Assembly (NCBI GenBank): GCA_964304625.1
Contig: OZ199839.1
Location: 5,772,311 to 5,836,310, forward strand
Length of the DNA: 64,000 nt
Direction: 5' to 3'
Origin: Kudoa neothunni
Lineage: Eukaryota > Animalia > Cnidaria
Every line of letters starts with the position of its first letter. Positions within the stretch are counted from its first letter, which is position 1. Of the stretch, positions 27,594-41,452 are shown in pieces. Under the pieces are notes generated by a model, which saw only the letters and a program-made list of their open reading frames with translations, had not been told where the DNA came from and did no database searches. The translations under genes were made by a program, and so were the position numbers.

Positions 27594-29200
27594 ATGAGTA
27601 CAAACCGAAGATCAATTGATAATTTGTTGACAGAATGGGTTGATTCGGAAATTATAGATGAAAATCTGGTTCGCAAATATTACCAAATAAAACTACCTAT
27701 GCAACAAAATAGAGTTGTATAACACGTCAACTCGAAGAAAACATATATCTACGAAATTATCTCATGAAAATTCCCAATCAGTTCTTAATCTCCTTTTTAG
27801 AGATAGGAATAACATTGGTATCGAAATAGATTTGGTTTCCATGGTTGTATATGATGGTGTTCCATCGATAAAAAAGTACCTTACACATGTTTTTGGCTAA
27901 ATACTGTGTGCCTTCCAGATCATTACCTAATAGTCGAGCAGTCGAGCAGTCGAGCCCTGGTTGAAAAGCAACTGCCATTTCTATTTCAACAAAATAATGA
28001 ATGTGTGAAATTATTGCTAAAAAATGAGCGACTTTCTCTCATTATCGATGAATCGCCAGATTTTAGAAATAGGACTTTGTTAAATATTTTGGCTTGTTTT
28101 TACGATTATGAGACATCAACGAGGAGAGTACTTATGCTTGGTTCAACAATTCTTCGTGAATGCAATGCCATTATAATTGTCAATGAAGTGTTGGAAACCC
28201 TAAATAATTACAAAATTCTGTGGAAACAATGTATGACAATTGTATCTGATTCTACACCATATATGAAAAAAATATTAAAGAAGTGTATCTACCATGTATC
28301 ATAATATCATAATATTATTAGGATACCGTGTTTTTCCCATCTTATACATTTGTCCGTGAAAAAATCAATAGATACTGTATTCCACGATGTCAAACATTTC
28401 TGGATGAAATTTTCTGCATTGCTAAGTAAAAACTAGCTTTTTGCATTATTTGGATAAACAAAAAATCAAATATCGTAAAGAAATTCCAATTGACATTAGG
28501 TGGTCCAGCTTTTACAAGTGTTTTCTTTACTGTAGATGTACATATTATTTCCCAGAAATAAAAGAACTTTTTCTGGAATCCGGGCACGAATCTCTCCAAA
28601 TTTATTAAATACATAGAACTCTCCGAAGAATCTTTTAACGAATTGTCTATTTATATACATTTTATATCTTCCCATGATCCATTATACAAATTCTCATCCC
28701 CAATTGAATTTGATAATTCCTTTGGATTTCCACAACTTTACAATTGGATACACAATAAATATTATATTCCTTAGGAAGAAGAAATATTAAGCGATTATGA
28801 AAATGTTATTTCAATATTTCCTCTTGGACGTCGACAATAGATCTTGGAGAAAATGACACAATTCATCGATTCTTTGATTTTAGAACTATCAATAATAGAG
28901 ACAAAGTAGACTGTGGGTTGTTTTCCTTCACCTGATTTCTTAAAAATGTTAATTTCTCCTTATGTTGAAAGCAAGGACCTTGATGGACTCAAGAGTGAAT
29001 ATATAAACTTCCCTGAATGTGACGATCATGGAGAAAATTTTGAAATTACGTCGAAAGAAGAGTATATTAAAAAGTATCCCATACTTTCAAAAGTTGCTTT
29101 AGATTTAACTTCAGTTCAGCTGTCTTCGATCGCAGTTGAACGTAGCTTTTTAAAATTAAATCATATATTGACTATGGATAGGGGGAACTGTTTAATTTAA
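27594..29200 (+). pseudogene. hAT-superfamily transposase pseudogene
   Basis: SLIIDESPD, IVSDSTPYM, PCFSHLIHL and the C-terminal dimerisation motif YPILSKVALDLTSVQLSSIAVERSF. Multiple stops and frameshifts. Confidence 0.85.
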
Positions 29201-29372
29201 CCTATTTTGATTTTGATGCTTGTTTTTTCAAATTTCTACGCATTGCTTTATTGCTCATTGCATGATTAAAAATAAACGTCGAAAACGGCAATGCCTATTT
29301 ATTATACAACACAGCTAGCTTTAATAGAGACCACGAATTAATGCATTAACACATTAATAGTATATTCAATCC

Positions 29373-30619
29373 GGTTAACGTAGGTTAATGTAGGTTAACG
29401 TAGGTTAATGTAGGTTAACGTAGGTTAATGTAGGTTAACGTAGGTTAATGTAGGTTAACGTAGGTTAATGTAGGTTAACGTAGGTTAATGTAGGTTAACG
29501 TAGGTTAATGTAGGTTAACGTAGGTTAATGTAGGTTAACGTAGGTTAATGTAGGTTAATGTAGGTTAACGTAGGTTAATGTAGGTTAACGTAGGTTAATG
29601 TAGGTTAATGTAGGTTAACGTAGGTTAATGTAGGTTAATGTAGGTTAATGTAGGTTAACGTAGGTTAATGTAGGTTAATGTAGGTTAACGTAGGTTAATG
29701 TAGGTTAATGTAGGTTAACGTAGGTTAATGTAGGTTAACGTAGGTTAATGTAGGTTAACGTAGGTTAATGTAGGTTAACGTAGGTTAATGTAGGTTAATG
29801 TAGGTTAACGTAGGTTAATGTAGGTTAATGTAGGTTAACGTAGGTTAATGTAGGTTAACGTAGGTTAATGTAGGTTAACGTAGGTTAATGTAGGTTAATG
29901 TAGGTTAACGTAGGTTAACGTAGGTTAATGTAGGTTAATGTAGGTTAACGTAGGTTAATGTAGGTTAATGTAGGTTAACGTAGGTTAACGTAGGTTAATG
30001 TAGATTAATGTAGGTTAACGTAGGTTAATGTAGATTAATGTAGGTTAACGTAGGTTAATGTAGGTTAATGTAGGTTAACGTAGGTTAATGTAGGTTAATG
30101 TAGGTTAACGTAGGTTAATGTAGGTTAATGTAGGTTAACGTAGGTTAATGTAGGTTAACGTAGGTTAATGTAGGTTAACGTAGGTTAATGTAGGTTAATG
30201 TAGGTTAACGTAGGTTAACGTAGGTTAATGTAGGTTAATGTAGGTTAACGTAGGTTAATGTAGGTTAATGTAGGTTAACGTAGGTTAACGTAGGTTAATG
30301 TAGATTAATGTAGGTTAACGTAGGTTAATGTAGGTTAATGTAGGTTAACGTAGGTTAATGTAGGTTAATGTAGGTTAATGTAGGTTAACGTAGGTTAATG
30401 TAGGTTAATGTAGGTTAACGTAGGTTAATGTAGGTTAATGTAGGTTAACGTAGGTTAATGTAGGTTAATGTAGGTTAATGTAGGTTAACGTAGGTTAATG
30501 TAGGTTAATGTAGGTTAACGTAGGTTAATGTAGGTTAATGTAGGTTAACGTAGGTTAATGTAGGTTAATGTAGGTTAACGTAGGTTAATGTAGGTTAACG
30601 TAGGTTAACGTAGGTTAAT
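29373..30619. repeat. Tandem array (TAGGTTAAYG)n, about 125 units of 10 bp
   Basis: Two interspersed variants, TAGGTTAATG and TAGGTTAACG, plus three TAGATTAATG units at 30001, 30031 and 30301. Confidence 0.98.
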
Positions 30620-30632
30620 ATGGGTATATGAG

Positions 30633-30692
30633 CTCGTGGAAACCAGGGTTGTCGTTTACGTGAGCGCCAGAGGGTTGTCCTTTAAGGGTTAA
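30633..30692. mobile_element. piggyBac-like right terminus
   Basis: ...GGGTTGTCCTTTAAGGG|TTAA. Both this and the upstream CTCGTGG..CCAGGGTTGTCGTTTA resemble the MITE end at 53354-53387. Confidence 0.55.
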
Positions 30693-31574
30693 TTTTCAAA
30701 TCAATATATAATTTTCTTTCCGTTATAAATAATTCATTATGATATAAAAGCAGCATTAAAACATGCGACACCGCATTCTATACGTAATTTAAGAATTTAT
30801 ATTCACGAATACTTTGCACAAAATACCGTCCCCTTTCAATCCCAATACGTGTCATGTAAGTTAATAAGAAATTTTTTTAGAGCAATCAAACAGTACGTTA
30901 ATTTTACATTTTATATTTTAGATTTAATTGTATTTGATAATTAAATTTGTATATTTTTGAACCAATAATTATTATTGTTAAAAAACAAAGGTTGCATTAA
31001 TTAAAAAATCGTGAGATTACGTTAAAATAATTAATGTATAATTTTTCATCTACAGATAATTAAAACATCATTAACATCCTTTATAAAATCGCCAAAAAAT
31101 AAATAACGATTAATATTTTTATTGTTGAAGCACCTTAGATCGTCTTATTTTTTTGTCATTTATAGACTCATAATACATTTGATAACCAGAAGGATTAATT
31201 TTTATCACCAAATTTTGAAAAGAACTGAAAGTCATATTTAGGTTATTTAATAAATAAACGAACTTTAATCGTTAATTACATCGTTCATATAATTAAGGGG
31301 ATTATAGTTGGGTCGATAATTAGTAAAATAAACTTAAAAATTCTCATTACTTTCTCTCAATACCTCTATTTATATTTGAATGTAAAGTGCGCGCATAATT
31401 TTTTTATCTAAATCATCACATTGTAAAAGTAATGACAAGCTTTAAAATGCGTCAATTACGATAGAAAAATAGAATTTACAGGGTTTAACATACTAATTAG
31501 ATTAAATCTTCCATATAATTACTCTGTTCAAGAATACAACTAAAGTTAAAATTTTCCACCCCATAATGCATAGT

Positions 31575-31602
31575 GGCAGGCAAAGCTGGGCATTAGCGCT
31601 AG
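31575..31602 (+). mobile_element. Possible Helitron 3' end
   Basis: GGCAAAGCTGGG...GCTAG|T, similar to the end at 45808-45836. Confidence 0.35.
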
Positions 31603-32171
31603 TTAATTAATAAAAATAAAAAATTGTTGAAATTTATTCAGCATCGCTGTTAGAAATCGTCATACATTTATTTCACGAGAATTAATTCGCATGATTATTT
31701 TATCTACCTACTAAGGATTCAGCTCTCAATATACACATGTATATCGATCGTGTGACGTCATCATGAAATATTATCAGTTTTCTGTGTTAGTATATAAACC
31801 TCTTATGTTACGTATTACACGCGGATGCTAGCTCATTTGGTCCGTTACGTGTTTATGTGAGCGTCAGGCGAGGAGTTGACAATAGTCAAACACTCACTTT
31901 CATACAAAAACTCCTGTTAGTCTCCGCGCTTTTTCGGTGCTGCAGCTGCAGGTCACCACCAGTCCGAAAACTACTAATTTAAATTAACTATCATCAACCT
32001 CTTAAAAGATGTAGATAAAATTAGTTTTTAACTTCTAAACAATACCCACCATTTAATTAATTAATTAATTAATTAATTAATTATTAGATTAGATTATTAT
32101 TTTATAATTTAATTAATTATTAAATTAGAGTATTATTTTATAAGAGCGGGAATAAAATTTTATGGTTGGAT

Positions 32172-34520
32172 TCAATCATAAAAATCAAGTAGTATTTGGG
32201 CAAGGAAAAACAAAACTAACATGGGAAATAACAGCTAAATCTACTCAGATATCAATTAGTTTTAAACCTAATCCATATCCAGATCCAGATATTTCGAAAC
32301 TCCATCCTTGTTCATCACATACACATGCTAGAGAAAAATAAATTTAAACACAATTGAATGCTAATTACACTCAAATTTCGTAGCTTTTCGTCAATATCCT
32401 AACAACCACAAAAATTCCATTAACAAAATCCTCAACAAACCGATTACCATTCCAAATCCAACAATCCACACATTTGGTATATTGAAGCAACAGTCTACAA
32501 CATAATTTCATGAAATGAAGTTAACCATTATGGAAGTGAGTAACAAATTTACAGTCAGCTTTAATCACTGTATTTAGCGGATTTCTTTTCGTTAACAACC
32601 TAATATTGTATGGTATTATTAATTCATACATCTCCAAGGTGATAACAATCCCGTGGTATTACGTCACTATAGAAATTGAATAAGGATTGTGTTCTTTCAC
32701 AACAGAGCACAGTTTTTTGAGCGAACTACCACTGTCAACGATATCCTATGTATGTATAGTGATTGAAATTACTTCACAACAACCCAACTCATTACCTCAA
32801 CTATCACAACATTCTAAAAAATAACAAATAAGAAATTTTGTCGAAGAATTAACAACTTACAGCATCTTTTATGTGGGAAGGTGTGATTCCAAAAACCTCA
32901 CAATCATTGGTGTATTGAGCTGTGCCCTATTGGTCGAATTCATCAAACACTTAAGGTCAATAACCTAAGTTTTATACTACCTTATAACTTGATGTACGAA
33001 TATAATCAGTGTGGTAAGGCTTACGAGTGACTATTTTAGTGGATATGTTAATACGTAGAACCGTTTCTACCATTGTAACTACCAGATGTTTCGTTCATGT
33101 TGACAATATTTGATATAAATAACTCAAAAAATCTAATGCCACCTTTCATAACACACAAAAATAAGGTTTTTCTGGATCCGTCAATCTTGCTCCATACATC
33201 GTATGCGACCTTTTTTGTGCTAAACAACAAATCAATTAAATTATTATATATCATTAGGATTTATAGCAATATAAATATTTTGATGTGTTAATCGCCGATT
33301 ATTGTCTTAAAAAAGTTACTCTTATTTTGTTTTCAAATTGACACCAATTAAATCTCACATAAAAATAACATTGCAAAATATGATATGGTTGATAACCACA
33401 CATAAATAATGCAACTATGATAATATTTATATGGATTAATGAAAATATTATTTAATGAAAAAACAATTTAAATCATACAAATGTATTGTTTAATATAATA
33501 AAAAAATAATGTCCTTGGTGCCTATATTATTATATAATAATATAATTGGAGATTATGATTTGAAAAGGGCAAACGCAACTGCCACACGAGTTGGATTAAA
33601 ATTGTTTTGACAATGTCGGTATTCATTGGAAAAAATCTAGCTTTAAGTGATTTGATCGAATTACCGATCCACGATCAATCCATGAGGAATTAAAACATAG
33701 TCAAAATCTTCTATATCGCATTCTGGACCAGGAAATAAATCCGGCGAGTATCCTCTAAAATCGTCTGGAATCTATTGTACTGCAATTAGCTTGATTCGTC
33801 CAAAACAACACAAATTACATAGATCGAATCATGCAGATTGTTGAATGTGAATTTGCCTTCTTGGGGTGTCATTGATGATCGCAATCGATATAAAACTATT
33901 TTTATTGAAAACACGTGGCCAAACAATCGACAAAGTCGTTTATCCTCAAAAAATAATTCTCATTATGTTTGAAGATTAATTGGATTAAGGAATGAGTCAA
34001 AGAAGTTGGTGTACCCCAAATGATAAGACTGTTTTAGTATGATCACACATAGTCAATACTGATATCTAATCTCCTGGCATACTATTTTAACGATCATATG
34101 AATAATTTTATACGGCTTACAAAGTTGCATTAAAGACAATTTTAAGTCCTCACACACATTAATCACTTCCCATAATTATGTATTAATGTCTAATACTATT
34201 GTAATTGTTAGGATATAATTTTATTTAATATTATCTTTATTCAAATATGGACTAAATGACATAAAAACGAGTGTGGCTTGAATACATTTCTGATCGCCTT
34301 ACTATCAACAATATTCGTTAAGGTTCGGAAGTTAAATCATCTCAACACACACTAAGAGTTAGATATAATCTTTAATTAGACTGGTGGTTGGGTTTTCCTT
34401 ACTCTGTTGAGATGTAACCTAAGTTTCACGTTATAATGGTAGATTTTAAAGATAGACAAATTTAACCCCACAGTTTTTCCGTAACTCGTCGGTATAAAGT
34501 CTGAAGATTGAAATCATGTG
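32172..34520 (-). CDS. Probable multi-micro-exon gene of unknown function with a hydrophobic C-terminus
   Basis: Series of AG/GT-bounded short open segments (for example DIVDSGSSLKNCAL, DVIPRDCYHLGD, LLLQYTKCVDCW, ACVCDEQGWSFEISGSGYG) ending in a hydrophobic LLFPMLVLFFLAQILLDFYD*. Phases are not fully resolved. Confidence 0.4.
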
Positions 34521-34648
34521 ACCTAAACTATTTCTCCATAGTTTGTTTCCAATATATTTTACCACCCTAGGATTAGTGTTTGTCATTTAATTGGAATTTT
34601 TTAAATTAAAAAGAGAGGATAATTTTGAATAGTTTTTATCATCTATAA

Positions 34649-35215
34649 CAGTGGTGGACAAAGTGCCACCCCAGGACGGGTTTATGAGACTGAAAAATTG
34701 CGCGAGCATGCACATGTTTTTCAAAATCTAGAAACACCAAGACAGCATTTAACTTCCATAAACAAATTAATAAACAACCTTTTGATGAATATTATGGATT
34801 TGTCAAATTTAATTTTACGCGATTTTATTATCTGATTTGATGTTTTACCTATGATTATCATATGTAAATGTGAATGAGGTAAGATCTAATACGCCCTGAA
34901 AACAAAATAATATAGTTATCAATTATTGAAAAAACTGGTACACGGGATTTAAGTCACAACAAAAAGAATCTAAAAATAACTAAATAATGGAAAAACATAT
35001 GAGGATGCGATACTCACACATAAATTAGGTTTGATGCAATAAGAACCATATCCATATTTTCCATTACATTCGCTGAGTTTAATAAAATATAATTTATACA
35101 CTAACTTATTTATTGTACCAAAAATGTTAGAAAAACCACAAATACATATTTAAATTCTCAGAAAACATTTAATCAACAATGCGGCCCTCAGAACCAAAAG
35201 TCGTGCCCACCACTG
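34649..35215. mobile_element. hAT (Buster/Charlie-like) MITE
   Basis: TIRs CAGTGGTGGACA / TGCCCACCACTG with a perfect 8-bp TSD ATCTATAA on both sides. Confidence 0.93.
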
Positions 35216-37005
35216 ATCTATAAAATAATGCGGAATCCATTTTCCTAGTAAATTTTAATCTTAAATAGGGACACAGATATAAGGGTAAAACGTGGAACCT
35301 AAAAAACACTCTTCTATGCATCGTTTTTTTCGCTGATCCTTTCACGAATATTTGTAATAAAATAAAAGAATATCGAGAGGACGTACTCAGCTAATTATGA
35401 TAATATCTAATTTTGTTACAAAATTCCCAATACCACATCGTCGGCAAACGTGAAATTTTCGTTAAATTTCCAATAACCAATGAAAAACCACTTTATTGTG
35501 CACAAATTAATTTCCACATTTATTACCCACTTTAGTAACATTTTTAGTAATAGGTTGTTCAAATTCTATTGCTCAGTCCTTTAATTAAATCTCACATGTC
35601 TTATTCTAAATTACCTTCTCTATCTCTATCATTTTTTGTGTATCGACTATGCACCTTGTAAGAGCAAATTACAATATACATTCGATCCTGTTTATCCGAA
35701 AATCGCGCTATCCGAATGATTTTAAAAAATTTATTTGAAAATGATGAAGATTCTAAATAGGAAATTTAGTTTAACCAAAATTTCAGTGTTCGGAAGGAAA
35801 ATGCAAAGTCTCAACATTTTCGGATATACGGAGTTCGACTATATTATCATTTTTTTAGTTTTATTATTTTTGTGGTTAATTTATTTGAATTATAAAAAAG
35901 TTATAATCATTGTATCACAAAATTTTGATAGCAGCTATACTATAAATTTTCTATGTTTATTACATTCGATAGCAGACAAAAAATCTTTAAAAGGATCATT
36001 TTGAATGAAAGCTAATTAATTATACAAAATCAAAAATGCAAGCAATATAAATCGGACTTTAGCAATACAGTAAGTAACCAATTTCACGCGCTTTTTAAAA
36101 ACCTATTTAATTAGAATATTGATTGGTTATTGTTTATATATGTTTCTTATAATATTTCAATCAAAATTTTATAAAAATTATTCTAAAAAGTGGCTATATA
36201 ACGTAACTAAAAGTCACGTGATCGACCAATTTCACGCACGTTTCCCGGGTACTTTTTGTTTATTATTTGGTTAATTCAAAAAAACTCCAAAACTATATCT
36301 ATTGTCGAAGAGTACAATATTACTAATTATTATGAAAGTCTTCAATCTAATGATCTAAAAATTGCCATTGTATCACATTTTAAAATATCTATTATCTCGA
36401 CTCCTAATGGCAAACTAGAGATGAAAAGTAAAATAATCAAAACCTACAAATGTTTGTATAATCTAAAAATAGAAATTATTTTCATGTGAAATTGTGCAAT
36501 TGTGCAATTCCTGGAGGGTTTCGTTGTTTTAAAAAAAGATCCAACATTAAAAAATCGAATTTTATTAGCTAATTTGTTGAAGCTACACCTAAAACTACTT
36601 CAGAGTAGACCAATCAAATCAGGACTTTTCTAAGATACTCTGAAAATTTTATTTACAATGTAAACAAAACTGCCTTATATCACCGATAGCAACAAGGGGA
36701 GTATTTCATAGATCGTTTAAAAATTAAAATATAGTTAACTAGCCTTTATAAACGCAATTTAATCATTAATAAATGTCTATTTTTTCTGAAATAATTGTGC
36801 ACGCACTTCTTTTTCTTGGTTCCGAGGGGATACGTGAAATTGGTTTCTTACTTCATATTATTAAACATAAACTTTACATCATATTTTAGGTACAGTCGTG
36901 CTTCGGTACTGCGTAGTAAGTTTGCGGCCCCAATTTACAACGCAATATCAAGTTCACTCACGCACGTTAGCGAGCAAAGAAAGACCTCGCAAATGATAAA
37001 CAACA

Positions 37006-37900
37006 TGTGACAAATATAACGATATCCACTAATCTGTTTAATGCGCCTTTATGCTAATCGGGGAAGATAAGGTCACGTCAAGATGACTCAATACTATATA
37101 GGTTATTAGTGGTTCAATAGAGCCGCCGCTCCCTGTTTAATGTACGCGTAGGATCGTTACAATATTCTTATTTGTCTCGTGGAGTATAAAACCCCCCAGA
37201 CGAATCGTTGTCTATTCCATATCTCACAAATCAGAATCTCCTTTTTTTGAATTTATTGTTTTGTGTATTACCTTTATATTTTGAGTTTTCTTTCTTGTAA
37301 TGATTGTAGGTGTTTTCGTACATGAGTTTTAGGTTGGGAATTAATTTTCTTATATATGTATCAGTTGGATTCGTTTCTGTACAATCAAAATACATATTTT
37401 TAATGGTTCTTACTTGACGACCGAACATGAGTTCCTTTGGAGAATATCCCGTTTCGTGGCGGGGTGATTTTCTATGTCACGAGAACCAGTGATGCGATTT
37501 TGTACCAATTTTCACTATTATTAGACGTTTTGGATATCATTTTTACAATTGTTTGATTAAATCTTTCGACTAGGCTATTGGATTGTGGATAATGTGTTGT
37601 AGTTCTTGTTTTTCTAATTCCTAGTAAATTCATCACATTCCCTAACAGATTAGACTCTAAATTTGATCCTTGTTCACTACACATGGATGTTGGTATTCCA
37701 AACTCCTTCATAAATAAGTCGCAGACTGTTTTTGCGTGCTGATCCTGCATGGGGTATGTTTCGGCATACTTGGTAAAGTAATCGCAGAGGACTAGTAGGA
37801 ATCTATTTCCATTTTTTTATGATAAGTAGTATGGGCCGACAATATCAATCCCACCCTCTTCAGTGGATAGGAACTGACTGAACGCATCAAAAAACTTTTT
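37006..37900 (-). mobile_element. Ty3/Gypsy LTR retrotransposon remnant (integrase plus probable 3' LTR)
   Basis: Integrase motifs GIDIVGP, DYFTKYAETYP, FGIP..SEQGSNLES, TTTHYPQSNSLVERFNQT, TGYSPKELMFGR. Candidate LTR TGTAAC...GTCACA (37161-37006) with ATTAAA near its end. Confidence 0.85.
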
Positions 37901-38056
37901 GTTGATCTCTTGTATCTGTTACTAGCGCGAACTGTCCAGCTTCGCACGGAATTGAGAAAATTTCATCAAAGAAGAATACGGTCAAAAGTAAAAGAAATAT
38001 AAGAATCGTTTTATTAGCCCAGAGGAGAGATTAAATAGATCTTTTTTAAAATATAT

Positions 38057-39017
38057 TAGAGGTGGCCAGACTTTGCCAGATCGGGAGTCAATTTTAAGGT
38101 GGCCGCAAGACATTAAAATCATTTATGTACCTCTTCCTTGTTTAAAACCTACATTTTTGAGGAATTTTTGGTAAATATTAAGAAAAAATGGTGTGGACTT
38201 AAAAATAAAGGACTTTTAATTGTTTCGTATTCAGTCAATCGTTGGAAAATTACTTATAATTTTTACAGGTATAATTATGATGGTTTTTCTAAATAAGTAA
38301 ATTAGTTGTTAATGATCCAAGAAACGTTTTCTCTATGAAAAAGGTCGCAATAATAGAATATGTTATATTTAATCATGTATGGTAGTCTGACAAAATATGA
38401 AATTAAATATTTACGAATAATGTAATAACACAAGTTTTTTAAGTTTCTATATTATCAGTGAATTAACGGTGATCTGATTCGTATGCTGTTGACGTTGTAC
38501 AAATTAGTTCCGTCAATTTTTTGTTTGTTTGTTTGTTTGTTTGTAAGGGAGGGATCCGCGATACTTCGATTTTACAGACTTCATCGTTGAATAAATAGAC
38601 TCACAACAATAAGTTGTTACAAATATAGAAACAAGTTGAGGCAAACTCCTTTTCATTTTGAGTACTTAGTTTCTGGAACGTATTTATAAAATTTACTTGG
38701 TGAGATGGAATTACGAATCATCTTTAAAGCTTTAGTGCGTGTTTTATTCTTTCATTATCTATCGCTTTGGTAATGGATAAACGCTAGTTCTAATTGTATT
38801 TCCTAATGAAACTGGAAATAATTCTAGTTTGTATAAAATAGCAAAACTATATGATAGTTTGTAACTATGTTTTCTAAACAAAAATATTATCTGTTTACGA
38901 TTAAAGAATTCATTTCTTCACTTGATTAAATAGTTTAAACTTTTCGAGGTTTCCGAATTAACGTGCTGGTCTAATTATAAAATTTTTTTTTCAAGAATCA
39001 CGGTTTGGTCGCCCCTG
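38057..39017 (-). mobile_element. Internally deleted hAT (Buster/SPIN-like) element
   Basis: Imperfect TIRs TAGAGGTGGCCAGACT / GGTTTGGTCGCCCCTG. Minus-strand remnant TTYCCESIYSTMKSVKSKYRGSL near 38545-38620. Confidence 0.7.
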
Positions 39018-40992
39018 GTATAGATATTAGAGGGATCAAGCAAGAATGTGTCGGGATTATGACTCCGTAAATTTAATACTAGTAATAAGCCAATCGTTAA
39101 GAAAACAAGAACAAATATTTTATGTTATTTACATTACAAAACCGTATTATTAATAATTTTTCTCAATTAAAATGATATATTATATTCAAATCGATCTGGT
39201 TGAATCTAGAACATATAAATTGATTATCTTAATTTCTAAAAGTCATGAAAACGTTGAAAAACATAATGCGTGATGTCGACAGATTTAAACGATAAAATAG
39301 TGTGATTTCCTATGAATAGAAATTTCTAGTGCTTGTTACTACATAACCAATGTTACTGTTTGATACGAACTTAATTATTATGAGTTTATATTTCAAAAAA
39401 TGCTTGAATCGTGTTCATTTTATTAAAAACCTCGAAAAATATAGCTCAACGAGAGTAACTTTTAATACTGATGTAAAGTTGAACCTGCAGTGAAATATAT
39501 TCTGGTTGATGATTTTCAACAATAGATTATATCTAAACTCCCTTTTTATTTCATGCAAATAATAAAATTGAGTTGGGAGATTTCGTCTCCATCTTTGGTA
39601 AATATGGATGGAAAATTGTCCTATTCTTTTGTCTTAGTACTGGACATCCACCACGAGTAGCGAACACCATTATCTAAACTTTGTTCACATCGTCAATATT
39701 CCAGGAAAACATCTCGAGTAGAGGTTTAAAAATGCGAGTATCGAGTCTATTGAATATTCGAAATTTCAATACTGAGGAGTCATTCAATTAACCTTTATAA
39801 GTTTATATATGTGTTTTTTATATACGTTATAAAATATAATAGTTAATTGTGAAAATATTAAATCAGATTGAATACAAATTTATATAAACCGTATGTATCC
39901 AAAAATATGATGACAATTATACAAAGTTTACTTACCATTATTGTAGTTGAATGCCCTCTTTATTACATGTTTTTATTTTTTTAATTTAGCTTGTTTAAAA
40001 AATAATCAAGAAAAAATTAATTTATAATAAATTTTTTTACACATCGGTACTGTAGTGAAATTAAAAAGCTGATCATTTGGTTACTATACGAATTTAATGA
40101 TAAAATGATTTTAACTCCTTTTAATGCAAATAAATTATCACCTGAAAAATATATAAACTAAAAAATTTATTAATTAATTGAAATAATTTCGTAGAAAAGT
40201 TTATAGTAAATATATAAATAGTGATATAGAGGATAATTTATTATTATTATTATTATTATGTGTGAAGCTTACTAAAAAGACTGAATCGTATAATTCTGAA
40301 AACGAAACATAATGGAAAATGTTTTAAAGACGTGTAATTAATTTAGAATTTAATGTAGGAACAATAGAGTGAGTTTTCATTGGTTTTTGGAAACTTAACG
40401 AATATTTTGCAAGTGCCGATCACGTACGACCGACCTATTCGGGATTTTGTAGCAAAATTTGAAGTTATAAAAATTAGTTGAGTCGTTACTTTCGGGATCC
40501 GTTTATTTTTTTATGAACAATCGCCTAAGAGTAGGCAAAAAAACAACACCCAAAAGGTTGTTTATAGATTCTTAATCCTACTCTACTACTTGATCTAGAA
40601 CTCAATTACTTCAATTTTAATAAACATCCACTAATCTTAATTCCCTTACTTAAAAGATTATCATATATTTTTAAGAAATTTAATCAAAATATTTACTATA
40701 AACGAAATACAGTTATAGTAAATGAAATTCCAAGCGTTAGTCCACCTCTGTAACTTCATACATATACCCTCAATTGAGCAATCAAAACGTCTCATTTTAA
40801 GGAAATAGTATCTGGATACTCGATTTTTTTAGACGATTAACATTCAACGGTCAGGGTGAAACGGACACGAACGTATCACGAAATAATTCAGAATTTTGCG
40901 AAAATATTGTCACAAACATGAATATACGAAATTTTCACGAACGAAAATAAATTGACTGATGCACATATACATTAAAAGTCCTCTTTTCTATA

Positions 40993-41452
40993 AAGTCGAA
41001 CCTCGATTATCTAGAAATCGAGCTTAACCGAAGATATTTTAAATTTTATTTTGATCTTATTGAAATTACACGCGAATAAGTTTTTTACTCTATCTGAACA
41101 TAGGTCTGTATGTATATTAAACAAATATTAATTACCGATTATTTAAAAAAAGTAGATGACTTTTCTGTGGACGTGTTTTTCTCTCATAATTTCGTACTAT
41201 CTTTTCTTATAGGTCTCCATATCCTTAATTAATAGATGCTCCAAATTTTTTAATTAAAGTTACAAAAGTTAAACTATTTTATTTACTAAATAATAAAAAT
41301 TGTTTATAAATCAAGTAAATAATTTTTTAAGAAGAAATTAAAAAAAAAAACAGATGCGCACATAACATTATTTATGCTCAAATAATCAGAACTTCGCTAT
41401 CCAAAAAGAAAATTGTTGGCCTCAAATTTTCAACATAATCGAGGTTCGACTT
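40993..41452. mobile_element. pogo/Tigger-like MITE
   Basis: Perfect 18-bp TIR AAGTCGAACCTCGATTAT / ATAATCGAGGTTCGACTT, with TA on the left and CA on the right. Confidence 0.8.

Noticed and set aside
29373-30619. CRISPR array
   Set aside because: The units are contiguous 10-mers with no unique spacers, there are no cas genes, and the context is eukaryotic.
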